From assembly GCA_964252035.1 (NCBI GenBank), contig OZ176205.1: DNA of 64,000 bases; one strand, written 5' to 3'. Of the stretch, positions 37,209 through 50,083 are shown one piece after another. The notes below the pieces were generated by a model that saw only the letters and a list, made by a program, of their open reading frames with translations, was not told where the DNA came from and ran no database searches. The position numbers and the translations under genes are program-made. Position 1 is the first letter of the stretch, and the number at the start of each line of letters is the position of its first letter. The stretch is from Podarcis erhardii. Taxonomy: Eukaryota.

Positions 37209-37518
37209 TGATCTTCTGTTGGAATACATTTCTTAAGCATAACAAACTGCCATTTCCCAGTGTCCAGCAGTATGCCATGTAAAGGCTGTACTAGATGTTC
37301 AGTGACAAGCACAGGGCTGTGATCTGCTGCTAAGCAGCAGGCAAAAGTATAGCATATTTTACAATGGGAGAGACAATGCGTTGCTGCCTGTCAGGCCAGG
37401 TTCCAGACCAGTATTTACCGCATCTACTGGTTTTCAGGGAAGGTAGTGAAAGAGTTAAATACGTCCTGCTGTTTCTCTGCTGAACACCCCCCCCCGCTAA
37501 CCCAAAGTTTTATAAGTA

Positions 37519-37774
37519 CCGTATTTTTTGCTCTATAAGACTCACTTTTTCCCTCCTAAAAAGTAAGGGGAAATGTGTGTGCGTCTTATGGAGTGAATGC
37601 AGGCTGCGCAGCTATCCCAGAAGCCAGAACAGCAAGAGGGATCGCTGCTTTTGCTGCGCAGTGATCCCTCTTGCTGTTCTGGCTTCTGGGATTCAGAATA
37701 TTTTTTTTCTTGTTTTTCTCCTCCAACAACTAGGTGCGTCTTATGATCTGGTGCACCTAGAGCGAAAAATACGG
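37519..37774. mobile_element. Tc2/Kanga-like MITE (~257-bp subfamily)
   Basis: TA|CCGTATTTTTTGCTCTATAAGAC...GAGCGAAAAATACGG|TA. Confidence 0.9.
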
Positions 37775-38114
37775 TATTTGTCAAAGGGGGCTCTCACAAT
37801 GGGTATTTGTCACATCTTCTGTAGGATATAAGACCATTCAGGGATGCTTCCCACCCTAGTCAGTGAGAGAGAGGCTACTACAGCATTTGGTTTTTTGGCA
37901 GATAATGCACCTTGTCAAAACGGAGAGGGCTCCCTTGTTCAAATTAAGGAGCCAAATTATGTGCACTTTAAAAAAAGTGTTAAAATCCTCGAAACACAGG
38001 AATGCAGGCCACCCCTCTTACATGCTGCTATAGCACAACCAAACTTCCTTCAGAATAGCAGCTAAAGCTCACAGGGTTCTAACACAACACTATTGCAGCT
38101 GAGGTATGTATTAA

Positions 38115-38432
<318 letters not shown>

Positions 38433-40099
38433 TGAATTCGTTTAATCATCCACCAGGGGGAGATGTAGTACCAAAATGAAACTTCAGTCTCTTTTTTCGA
38501 AATCTTTGTGGTTATGTAAAGATTTTTTTTAAAAAAAAAACCACAGCAACCCATAGAACTTACAAAATAGGAATTTGTTTCTGTGCAGCAATGGTTTTTG
38601 CACAACTTTGTATGAGAGCCTTGCCCAAGAGATTGTATTCCAGACTAGCTATTGCAGGAATGACTAAAATCCTGGGGCTGGTTCTTGCTGTCACAAACAC
38701 CTTTCCGCAGTCAGGTGCACAACATTTGACTGAGTGTACGCTATGAACAGGTGGCACACACTCACTCTCTCTCTCTCTAACTGCATGTGCACATTGGAGA
38801 GCTGTAATCACTTGTAGCTTCTTGCTGTTTAAAAATGGTGGGAAGGCTGTATATAGGCATTTATTAGACATGACAAGCTGCATTAGATATGACGAGTACA
38901 CATGCACTGAGATGCCAACCCCAAGTCCCATCTTCAATCAATAAACTAACTCTGAATATGCTGGCATTTTGATATGTTTAACTATCTTGCTGCTTGTTCA
39001 GTCAGTGTAAATTATAGCAGCAGGATGAATTTTCCAGGTTACATTTTATTAGAATCTCCTTCTAGCCTTGTATGTATTATTTCAGATCAGTTATCCTGAA
39101 CTGATTTCAAAATCAGGGTCTAAGGTTAGAAATAATCTTACTAAGATTACTTTTAAGAGAGCTTTGTTGGTAGATCTGCTTTTTAATGTTCTTAATTGCC
39201 ATGGTTTGCTGTAATACAGACCTAAGCAAGTTTACTCATAAGTAAGTCCTCTTGAGTTTAAAGTGGTTTACTCCCAAGCAAGTATACGTAATGCTGAAAT
39301 TCCTAATGCTGAAATCCTAGCCCCACCTAACCTGGGAGTGCCATTTAATTCATTAGGACTCACTTCTGAGTAGACGTGTTTAGGATTCCACTGTAAGCCC
39401 CTAATGTGCAAGCTGATATTTATGAATGACACTGAATGTTTCAATTTAGGTAACTTTCTTCCGTCCCTGAACTGACGACAGTGGTGGGGGAATCAACCCT
39501 TATCTGTTAGTTCAGTAGATTGAGCAGCTGGGGTGGGGGGAGTCGAAATGTACCCATGTATAAAACCACAAATGCAGTGTTAGGAAATCAGAAAGTCAGG
39601 GCCGTTGTGCGTTTAGTGTTGCTAAGCCCTTTTAACTGACTGAGCATCTCCATATAAGGAGAATTTACATGCCAGTTAGAAAGTTGATTCATTCCCCAAA
39701 TGAATTTTCTTCTCCCCTGCAGAGGGCTAATTCTGTCACCATGTTAGATTAAATTTTTAGATTTATAGTTTAGCTCCATTATCTCAACAATAATATTTCT
39801 CGGCATAAAATTCGACCTCCTTTCTCCAAATGGTCAGGACATTCTGAAGTCATTTATCAGAATTTTGAAAGCCTATCCTTACCCATAGTATTACCCAGCT
39901 GAATCTTGCTGGAGGACTACCGTGAATTGGGATTAGTAAGCATTCACCCTAGACTGTGTTCTCTTTGCAGTAAATTAGTCCCGTGAGACAGCTTATATGC
40001 ACCTTTTTGTTTTTGCACTATCTCGCTTTTTAAAAGCCATGCCACAGTTGACTGTGTGTTAAAGATAGAATCCTTATTGTCTTCTTTTTGACACTGCAG

Positions 40100-40195
40100 G
40101 AGGGGCCTGAGAGCCTTCATGTTCAACGCTCTGTCTTTGGGGAGAGGAATTTCAATGTCCGCAGTTCTGCATCTCAAGACAATTCCACAGTTAAA
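40100..40195 (+). CDS. CDC7: CDC7 coding exon 7 (96 nt)
   Basis: EGPESLHVQRSVFGERNFNVRSSASQDNSTVK|GTAAGC. Confidence 0.95.
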
Positions 40196-40954
40196 GTAAG
40201 CATTGCTGGTTAACCACAGATAAATCAACTGCATATTCAGCAGCACGTTCAGTGTTTATCATTTTTTAAGACTACATAGGTCAAGTTTGCTAGGCAGATG
40301 TGGAATGTGAACTGCACTTGTTGGCACAATGCCTATTTTGTATTACTGTGGTGGTGGTTTTTACCCAAACCGCTTGAAAGCTGGTGGATATGCTTGCAGC
40401 ATGTGTGTCTTCTCATCTGAACCTTTTCTTCTTTGTAGCTTTGTCGTCATTGTTCAAGCAATGTACTCGTCTAGCTAAGAACGATCAGGCATGTGAAATG
40501 GTATTTTGTGAGCGCCCTTTAACACAGAGGCGAAAGGTCTAATAATAATTCTGCTTTGCTTTACTAGACATGACGCAGATACAAAGTAGCACAGATCCAC
40601 TGAACTGAATTGGACAACTTTGTCAGGAATGTTTTTACTCTGCAGTAGAACAGTCTTGCAATTGAGTATACAAAAGTTACTAACCCAGATACAGTTTGAT
40701 TATCTTTTTAAAAAAAATTAATAGAAAAATGGAACTCTAATATTGGGAAAATAATAATAATACAGCAGTTACTTAATACATTAAGATGTCCAATTACTTT
40801 AAATAAAAACAAGTGCTTAATACATTAAAATAATTACCTAACACATTATTAAAGAGGTGTCATTCTGATAAAGTTTATGTGCAATTTATCAGCATCACTA
40901 TATTTGTTGTATAATGTACTGGCAGATACAGTTTGATTATCATGCGTGTTGTCC

Positions 40955-41175
40955 ACATGGCTCAACAGGGCCTTCTTGGTAGTGGCGCCTGCCATGTGGA
41001 ACACCCTTCCATCAGATGTCAAAGAAATAAACAACTATCTGACTTTTCGAAGACATCTTAAGGCAGCCCGGTTTAGGGAAGTTTTTAATGTTTGATGTTT
41101 TATCATGTTTTTAATATTCTGTTGGGAGCCGCCCAGAGTGGCTGGGAAAACCCAGCCAGAGGGGCGGGGTATAAA

Positions 41176-41218
<43 letters not shown>

Positions 41219-41220
41219 TA
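40955..41220 (+). mobile_element. L2 LINE 3' end with (ATT)n tail
   Basis: AGGGCCTTCTTGGTAGTGGCGCCTGCCATGTGGAAC...GGGAGCCGCCCAGAGTGGCTGGG...GGGCGGGGTATAAAT(ATT)n. Confidence 0.85.
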
Positions 41221-42042
41221 ATCAACATTAGCCATTAGACACACTTTGATGGCCTGAAAAGTGAGGAGAGAGAGATATTTTGTAGACAACTAGAGATGAT
41301 ACAGGAGCACCAATATTCCTGTTGAATAATATTCAATAACCGCTAACCTAATGAATAAGAATTTCCTCTAAGCAAAGAGGTATGACAGTTCTTGTAAATT
41401 GTGAGAGAATTAGTTCCCCCTTTCGTCTTTGTCTATTGGTGCATGATGCCCCAGCACAGAAAAAGCTGGTCACACTTAAATCCCTTTGAAAGCAACGAGA
41501 AACTTTGCCACAGATATAGTGCTGAAATAGATTTGACAGTAGATGGCCACAAAATGGCAGCTTTGTGTTGAATTCCCCCTACTTTTCCCTATAACATGTA
41601 AATTCCCAAGTCATGTGTTTACTCACCCCACTGGCACGGGGTAATATAGAACATTACAGAGGGACAATGGTCCTTGAGATTGGATTTCTGGTTTTGGCAG
41701 CAGCCTCTGTTGAGCATCACCTGGTTCCTGGTCCCTTTAGTGTAAAATTGACTAACCTTTTGTTCAGATTCTGGCCTGGAGTTTACATCTCCATAATTTT
41801 ATAATATTAACGTATTCTAGATATTAACACAATAGACCTTTTCCTTGAAACCCACTAAATTAGAATTCTTATAATACCTTGTTAGGTTTAAAAGCCATTG
41901 GGATTTATCGCTCACTAGTCTGAATTTGGCAACCTGCCTTTAAAAATGCTACCTAATAGAACTTTTATGTCTTTGAGGGCAGCTAGAGTCAAAACTGTGT
42001 TTAAATGTGTCTTGGATTTAAAAAATATAATTTATATTGCAG

Positions 42043-42215
42043 CTCATAAAGCAGCCTAGGGTGACAGATATTGCAGCTAGAAAATTATTAGCGAAGAAGA
42101 AGACAACTTCGGCTGTGACTAATGGCTTAGTGAAGAAAGCTGCCAGCAGTTATCCAACTAACGTGACCTGTGACTGTTATGCAAAAGATAGAGTCTGCAG
42201 TGTTTGTCTTTCAAG
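42043..42215 (+). CDS. CDC7: CDC7 coding exon 8 (173 nt; kinase-insert-2 zinc finger)
   Basis: LIKQPRVTDIAARKLLAKKK...TCDCYAKDRVCSVCLS(R)|GTAATT. Confidence 0.96.
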
Positions 42216-42676
42216 GTAATTAGCTTTGATGCAATCGCATTACTGGCAAGAAATGATTAAAGAAAAAACATTTGTCCAATTAATCCATGTTTAGTAAAGC
42301 ACAAGATCATATTAGATCTTTGCAATGCAACAGCAGATAAATATTCCAAAAGCTCATTTTGGGCAGCCTATTTCATGCAGGTGTTCGTTTTCACAACTAG
42401 ATTTTCAGCACACACAAATTCTGACTTAGTGCATTTGTTTAAATGTTTTCTGCAGAAGGTTTTCTTTATAATACTATCAACACTCTGTGCAAGGCTGCAG
42501 AAAACCACTTGATCCCTCTTAAGTTTCAACTCTCATCTGTGACACAATCTCCACGGTGTCTCACACCAGAAAGCTGGTCCAGTGTTATAGAACACTCACT
42601 GGAGTTGGAAGCACAATGTAGTGTCACAGTTTCAGAGGGCCGGTTGTTATGCCTTGGCTTGTAAATGGGTCTAGGT

Positions 42677-42862
42677 CAGTGGTTCCCAGTTGGTGGTCTG
42701 TGGACCCCAGGGGGTCTGCATATCCCACTCAAGGGGTCCATGGTACCATTCACATAACAAAAACTACCACAGTGATATCAAAATTTTCAAAAGTAGGGGG
42801 TTCATGACTTGGTTGTTTGAAAAACAGGGGGTCCTCTGTACTCAGCTAATTGGAGACAAGTG
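42677..42862. mobile_element. hAT (Charlie/MER5-like) MITE
   Basis: Starts CAGTGGTTCCCA; exact 8-bp TSD GTCTAGGT at 42669-42676 and 42863-42870. Confidence 0.85.
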
Positions 42863-43260
42863 GTCTAGGTCATATAACTCTGTCAAAGATCTCTGCTGGC
42901 AAAATGCAACAGTTGAAGATGTACTTCTAATGTTTTGTGCCCTGCTAGCCATCTGAAATTGAATGGGATCTGCATGCATAAGCGTATTCCTTGTGATCCT
43001 GGTGTGGTAGCTAGCTGCAAATCCCCTGCACACACGTAGTTCTCAGTCTCTGGTATCAGGAGGAATATGATTCCAGTTCTAAATTTGAAAGGTGTTGCAG
43101 CCATCTCATTGGGAGGAATTAATGAGAGTGGCATTCTATTATTTTACAAAATACTTACTCATGTTACCACATAAAGTCATAGCGCTTGGTTTATTTACTG
43201 TCGGACCCCTAAAAGCTCAAACTGTGCTGTTATTTGCTAAATGTGCTTTTCATGTTTTAA

Positions 43261-43359
<99 letters not shown>

Positions 43360-43452
43360 TAACAAATTGAAAAATATATATTTCCATGCACTAGATACCA
43401 CTGTAGGTCTTCCAGACTGTATATAGTTGGACTGTTATCTAAAGAAAAACTA

Positions 43453-44464
43453 CAGTGGTGCCTCGCAAGACGAAATTAATTCGTTCCGCAAGTTTTTTCT
43501 TCTTGCGAGTTTTTCGTCTTGCGAAGCACGGTTTCCCATAGGAATGCATTGAAAATCAATTAATGCGTTCCTATGAAGACCGCTTGCCAGGCTGGCGGTG
43601 CAGAGAAGGGCTTTTCTCCCCACCGCAAGCCTTCAGGACAGGTACGGGAACAGAGGGGAAGGTGCGCAGCGCTTCTCTTCTGTTCCCGGGGATTGCGGTG
43701 GGAGGAGGGTTTTTCCTCCCCACGCCAACATTCAGAACAGCATTCTGAAAGTTGGCGGTGGGAAGGAAAACCCTCCTCCCACCACAAGTCTTCAGGACAG
43801 CCATTCGAAGGCTGGCGGCGGGAGGAGGTCTCTCCGCCCCACCTCCAGCCTTCGGAGCAGCCATCCGAAAGCTGGCGGTGGGAGGAGGTCTCTCCGCCCC
43901 ACCGCCAGCCTTCGGAGCAGCCATCCCAAGGCTGGTGGCGGGAGGAGGTCTCTCCGCCCCACCGCCAGCCTTCGGAGCAGCCTTCCCAAGGCTGCCGGTG
44001 GGGCGGAGAGACCTCCTCCCGCCGCCAGCCTTCGGAGCAGCCTTCCCAAGGCTGGCGGCAGGAGGGGGTTTCTCCGCCCCACCGCCAGCCTTCGGAGCAG
44101 CCATCCCAAGGCTGGTGGCGGGAGGAGGTCTCTCCGCCCCACCGCCAGCCTTCGGAGCAGCCTTCCCAAGGCTGCCGGTGGGGCGGAGAGACCTCCTCCC
44201 GCTGCCAGCCTTCGGAGCAGCCTTCCCAAGGCTGGCGGCGGGAGGGGGTTTCTCCGCCCCACCGCCAGCCTTCGGAGGAGGTCCAAGGACAGTGGGGAAG
44301 ACGCGCTGCGCTTCCCCGCTGTCCCGGAGATTTCCCTATGGGCTTTCGTCTTGCGAAGGAAGCCCATAGGGAAATTCGTTTTGCGAAGCGCCTCCAAAAC
44401 GGAAAACCCTTTCGTCTAGTGGGTTTTCCGTCTTGCGAGGCGTTCGTCTTGCGGGGCACCACTG
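43453..44464. mobile_element. Tc1/mariner MITE, CAGTGGYGCCTCGCAAGACG family, with a 60-bp GC-rich minisatellite
   Basis: TA|CAGTGGTGCCTCGCAAGACG...CGTCTTGCGGGGCACCACTG|TA. Confidence 0.92.
43808..44280. repeat. 60-bp hairpin minisatellite, 8 units, with a 180-bp higher-order repeat
   Basis: Units start at 43811, 43871, 43931, 43991, 44051, 44111, 44171 and 44231. Confidence 0.95.
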
Positions 44465-44552
44465 TATTATAAAACACATTTCTTTATTCCAAGCTTCTTA
44501 CCTGAAATAAAAAAAGTTAGGTGTATACCTAACATAGATAGCTATTGTACTA

Positions 44553-45110
44553 CCAACTTTACTGTATGCTTGTGAAACATGGACCAATTATAAACGCCAT
44601 CACCAACTCCTTGAAAGATTCCATCAATGGTGTCTCTGAAAAATTATATCACTTGGGAAGACAGTTGAATTAATGTCAGCATACTGGAAAGATCACCATT
44701 GTCGGATCAATGATTCTTCAACATCAACTTTGTTGGACTGGTCATGTTCAGATGTCTGATTATTGCCTCCCAAAGCAACTACTCTGTTCCCAACTTACGA
44801 ATGGGAAGCAAAATACTGGTGGACAACAAAAGAGATTTAAAGACGCTCTCAAGGCAAACCCCTCCAAAATATAATATAAACACCGACAACCGGGAAACAC
44901 TAGCCTGCAAGTGCTCCAGTTGGAGAACAGCTTTTACTAAAGGTGTCATGGACTTCGAAAAAGCACAAACTCAGGACGAAAGGGAGAAATGAGCTAAAAG
45001 GCGGAAGCCTTGCTGTTATCAGCTCTCACCCGGAAACTTATGTCCCCACTGTGGAAGGACGTGTGGATCCAGAATTGGCCTCCACAGTCACTTACACACT
45101 GTTAAGACTA
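44553..45110 (+). mobile_element. RTE-clade LINE 3' fragment, decayed
   Basis: LYACETW, WTGHV, PKQLL, GGQQKRFKDALK and C-terminal CPHCGRTCGSRIGLHSHL motifs, with frameshifts. Confidence 0.85.
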
Positions 45111-45749
45111 TATTCATGGAAGACAAGTGATTGCCAAAGAAGAAGAACATAGATATTTACTGTGATATTTGGAGTTAGCAGCATTTCTCTTTTAAATGGT
45201 AGAAAGTGGGCAGAAAGTTCCAACACTGAGGGTTTTGCATCAGCTGAAGAATTTTTTAACTCCCCCCCCCCCCCCGCTTATTCTTCAGGGATTGTGAGAG
45301 ATCATATCCATCTTTGTATTCTTTTAGAGCAAGCATAACTAACATAATACGCTTGCAGCATTTTTTTTTAAAAGATTACATGAAAAAGCTGACATTAGAT
45401 ATTTAATCTTTTTAAGCAGATGGAAATCTGCTCATGACGACTGGAAGGCATGGTCAAGTGACTTGCTAGGGGAAGAAACAGCCTGCCCTTCCAGATAAGT
45501 CCTGTTTAATAGGCAAGAGCCAAGGTCTGTGAAGTCTAGGAGTTTGTTTTTGTTTTGCTTTTAATGGTTTTTCTCTGCACCCTTACTACTACAACTACAG
45601 CCTGATGAGCCCCAAGAAAGAGGCATTCAGGAAGGTTTGGGGGTAGGCATGGGAAGCCAGAACAGAACCTTCCCTTGCTTGGGAAGCCAGGACTTTCCCT
45701 CACCAGTTCAGTCCTGCCAGCAGCAATTCAGCAAATCCTAGTCTAGCAG

Positions 45750-45902
45750 TGGTGTAGATTTTGACAGATTCCATTAAAAATAGCTCAAAAGCTCGTTTTT
45801 AAAAAATAGATTTCACACAAAAAAATATCGCAACAACTTTGCCAAGGAAAGCTCAACAACTGTTGTGTCCGGATTTCCACTTTTCAAAATATGGCAACCC
45901 TA
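45750..45902. mobile_element. hAT Blackjack-like MITE fragment
   Basis: AAAGCTCAACAACT...TTTTCAAAATATGGCAACCCTA. Confidence 0.7.
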
Positions 45903-46027
45903 ACTAAGCCATTCCAGCCCTCTCCACTTTCCCACACTGGTTTATTCCACCTCTTCTCTTCGATGTTGATCATCCTTCTAAATATATATGTTTCACCAAC
46001 ACTCCTCGCATGTCACTGGCTTGACGT

Positions 46028-46100
46028 GAAGGTAAAGGACCCCTGGATGGTTAAGTCCAGTCAAAGGCGACTATGGGATATGGCGCTCATCTTGCTTTTC
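46028..46100 (-). mobile_element. Sauria SINE 3' fragment
   Basis: AAGGTAAAGGACCCCTGGATGGTTAAGTCCAGTC...GCGCTCATCTTGCTTT. Confidence 0.8.
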
Positions 46101-46614
46101 AGATGTAACCATATGGCAATACAGCACTAGCAAAAATTAAGCACATTTGAGTTCCATTGACGTGATTTCATTAGTAATTGTAAGCACGTACTTTTAGCTT
46201 TCTTCCACTGAAGTCAGTGAGACATGCATACTTAGCTTGGGATAGTACCCATAGAGTTTGATGGCACGACATGGCAAATTAGAGCATATACTTTGTCCAT
46301 TGCAATGGATCCCATGTACTCTTGCTTTCAAGTGCTTTCCCATTTATGTGGGAGCATCTCTTAAGAGTTCAGAACTGTCCTTTCCATTGAAGTGAATGAA
46401 GCAGCCCATACATGCCAAACTGTGGTTTAGGGGTACGCACCAACCACAAGATTCGGTTGAGACCCCAATGTGGTCCCTCATGAAACAGCCTGATTTGGCT
46501 CAGACCAATTCAAAGCTTTTCTGATTCACTTCAGGGATGTGTTTGAGTCTGCTTTGTTCAGTGCGCCTGCAGTTGTTACTGAGATTAACAAAAGCAAAAA
46601 AACAGCTATAACTG

Positions 46615-46856
46615 TAGGGTTGCCATATGTCTGGAATGTCCCAGACATACCCAGAATACTGTAGTTGGAAGCAGTGTCCAGGCGTAAATCGGCAAAATGT
46701 CCGGGAAAATCTGAATGTACGGCAGCCCATGTTGGCAGTGCCATTTTTACTGATTTTCCATTAAATTGGCTCAGAAACGTCGGAGGGTTTTTTGGTGATA
46801 AAAAGCTCAACAACTCTTGTTTCTGGATTTTCACTTTTTGAAATATGGCAATCCTA
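46615..46856. mobile_element. hAT Blackjack-like MITE
   Basis: TAGGGTTGCCATATG...ATATGGCAATCCTA. Confidence 0.82.
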
Positions 46857-47049
46857 TTAACTTTGTCCTTTTATAACAGCAGTCCCATTTTGTAAATGCA
46901 GCAGTTTTATGCTGAGCAGAAAGTCTAGCTCTGAAAGTAACTTTCTATAATACCAGTTATCATTGTCACAAGCAAATGTAAATTAAAATCGGCTTTCGAT
47001 TTTGACTCAGTCTTTCAAACGCACTGAGAGTATAAGTAATTGTAACTGA

Positions 47050-47406
<357 letters not shown>

Positions 47407-48923
47407 TAAGCTTTATAGACATAGAGGATTGCAACCAAAGATGTGTCTGGTTGTTTTTCATCAATATATGAATTTCTGCTTTCCAGCAGCTTCTGGTCCA
47501 GCCCACTGTTCTGAATTCTTCCCATTTTCCTCTCCTAAAATCTCCTTCTTGCTTCAATCCTCTGTACCATTTCCTCTTTCATTCCTCCTGCCCTAGACTG
47601 CCCCCTGCAAATTTCCCATGGGCCTGATTGCCTTCTTGGACCCCTGCCACTTCCTTTTCTAAGCCCTGTGTGCTCGTCCTGGCACATGTTAGGACAAAAC
47701 CGTCTGACCTCTCATCCCTTGGTGACTTGAAGGCAGTCCAGCAAATAGCTGCCAGCGCCTTCATTGTCACCACCACTACTTCCTCACAGACGTTATTCCT
47801 CCATGCATCATCTTATAAATATTTATCTGGTATCTGTTACTCCTGATATTTCAGAAACTGTTCAAACAACCAAATACGCTGGTATGTACTTAACAGATTG
47901 TGTTTAAAGGTCCATTCATGCAAATAAAAGTAGCAACTGGTAATACATAGGCTAATTACACCTTAAAACTGCTGCTGTCAGTTACTTAACATTTGATTCT
48001 TATTTTTTAAATGAAATATATGGAAAAGAACAATTGTAGTGTAGATTTAAGAGAGGGATACAAGAGCCAATGGACCTCATCCTCGGGAGCTCTGTGATGC
48101 ACTGATGTTAATGTGGGGCTCTCAATTGTTATTTGCTCCTGAGTGCATACATGTATCTTAGTCGTACTCTTTGAGTTTATTCCGAGGTGAGGAGGGGGAA
48201 GTAGGCAGGTATATTGTTTTTTTCAGTGACTCCATCGGTACCTTGCTGCTTGGCGAATCCGGAAAACTGAGGGAATTGAGCCTGTTTCCCACAAGTCTTT
48301 TCTCCTGCCTCTCATCAGCTGATGAGGAATGTCCCACAGCATTGGCTGCAGTGTCCCTCGAAATAAATTGCTGTCCGTCCCCCCCTAAACCGAAGCACAT
48401 AGTGGTTGGCTGCATATTTTCTAAAGGCGCCTCCCTCTTAGCATAGTTGAGAGTGTGCAGATGACTGGCCTCATAATCTAGTATTCCAGCCATACGCTCT
48501 GCTTGTCTTAGTATGTACCTGGGCATCATGTATCCACAGTGGGAATTACTGCCAGTGTCACCAGAACTGCTCTTTTACAGATTCACACGGGTGTATATGA
48601 CTAAGAGGCAGAGTGTCTGCTTTGCGTCCTGGGTAGTCCTGCAAATGTCCCCTGTTGGAAAAACTGGAGAGCTGCTGCCGGTCATTGTACACAGTACTGA
48701 GCTGGATGGAACAATGGTGTGACTCTGTTCAAGGCAGCTTCCTGTGTTCCTCCTATCCCTATTCATCCAGGGGTGCAACATGGGTTCTTTGCATGCCCAC
48801 ACATCCCCAAAACACATTTATCAAAAGTTCTTTTGGACTTAGGATTTAACTCAGTTCTGTTAGCTGTTCTGTATTCCATTACAAAATAGCAATATGGCAG
48901 ATTCATCTCTTGGCGTGTTTGTT

Positions 48924-48974
<51 letters not shown>
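48924..48974. repeat. Compound (TG)n(AG)n microsatellite
   Basis: Read directly from the sequence. Confidence 0.95.
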
Positions 48975-48978
<4 letters not shown>

Positions 48979-49075
48979 TGTTTTGCAAGCTTTGGTTCTA
49001 TGAAAGGTCCAGTTGACCCAATTTGTGCATAACGTTACACCAGTTTAGTTCAAAAGTCCCTCTTTACTCCTGTGC

Positions 49076-49248
49076 CAGGGGTGCCAACTTGAATAAAATA
49101 TTGTGGGGCCCTACATAATCAGATCACATGACACAGTGCACACACACCATTTGAATGGGAATGTCTATCAACTTTGTGGGGGCCCAGCCCTCAAATATTT
49201 TATTGTGGGGGCCAAAGCCCCCACAGCCCCTAGGAGTTGGCTCCTACG
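49076..49248. mobile_element. hAT MITE
   Basis: CAGGGGTGCCAACT...AGTTGGCTCCTACG; exact 8-bp TSD TCCTGTGC. Confidence 0.85.
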
Positions 49249-49636
49249 TCCTGTGCTGTGCTTGCAGGAAACAATTCACAAGCCCAGTTTTGTTGGTTAC
49301 TTTCTCTATTTTAAACCACAAGCAGAACCCATGGGCTTCCTGTTCATGGTTTTGGGGGAAACAATGAGCTCTGGTACACATGCAGTGCCAAGCCAGTGAT
49401 GCAGGTTTTTTCCTCCAAGCATGGGATAGGTAGGGACGAAGTGGGGACATTTGAGCAGTATTTGCCAGCACACTGCACATTTACATTAAGCCATAGTTTA
49501 TTTAAAGTTATGGCTTTAATGTTAAGTGCAAACCAGTTTGCTAAGTGACAAACTAGCTTATGTTTTTTGAAAGGTCGACAGTACTGCTTTAATGTATGGT
49601 ATGTGTGCATCCACTGTCTGTGTTACAGTGCTATAA

Positions 49637-50083
<447 letters not shown>

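Noticed and set aside
43560-44477. Seven overlapping ORFs of 177-305 aa on both strands
   Set aside because: They arise from a stop-poor GC-rich 60-bp repeat (a multiple of 3) inside a TA-flanked MITE; the translations are simple repeats.
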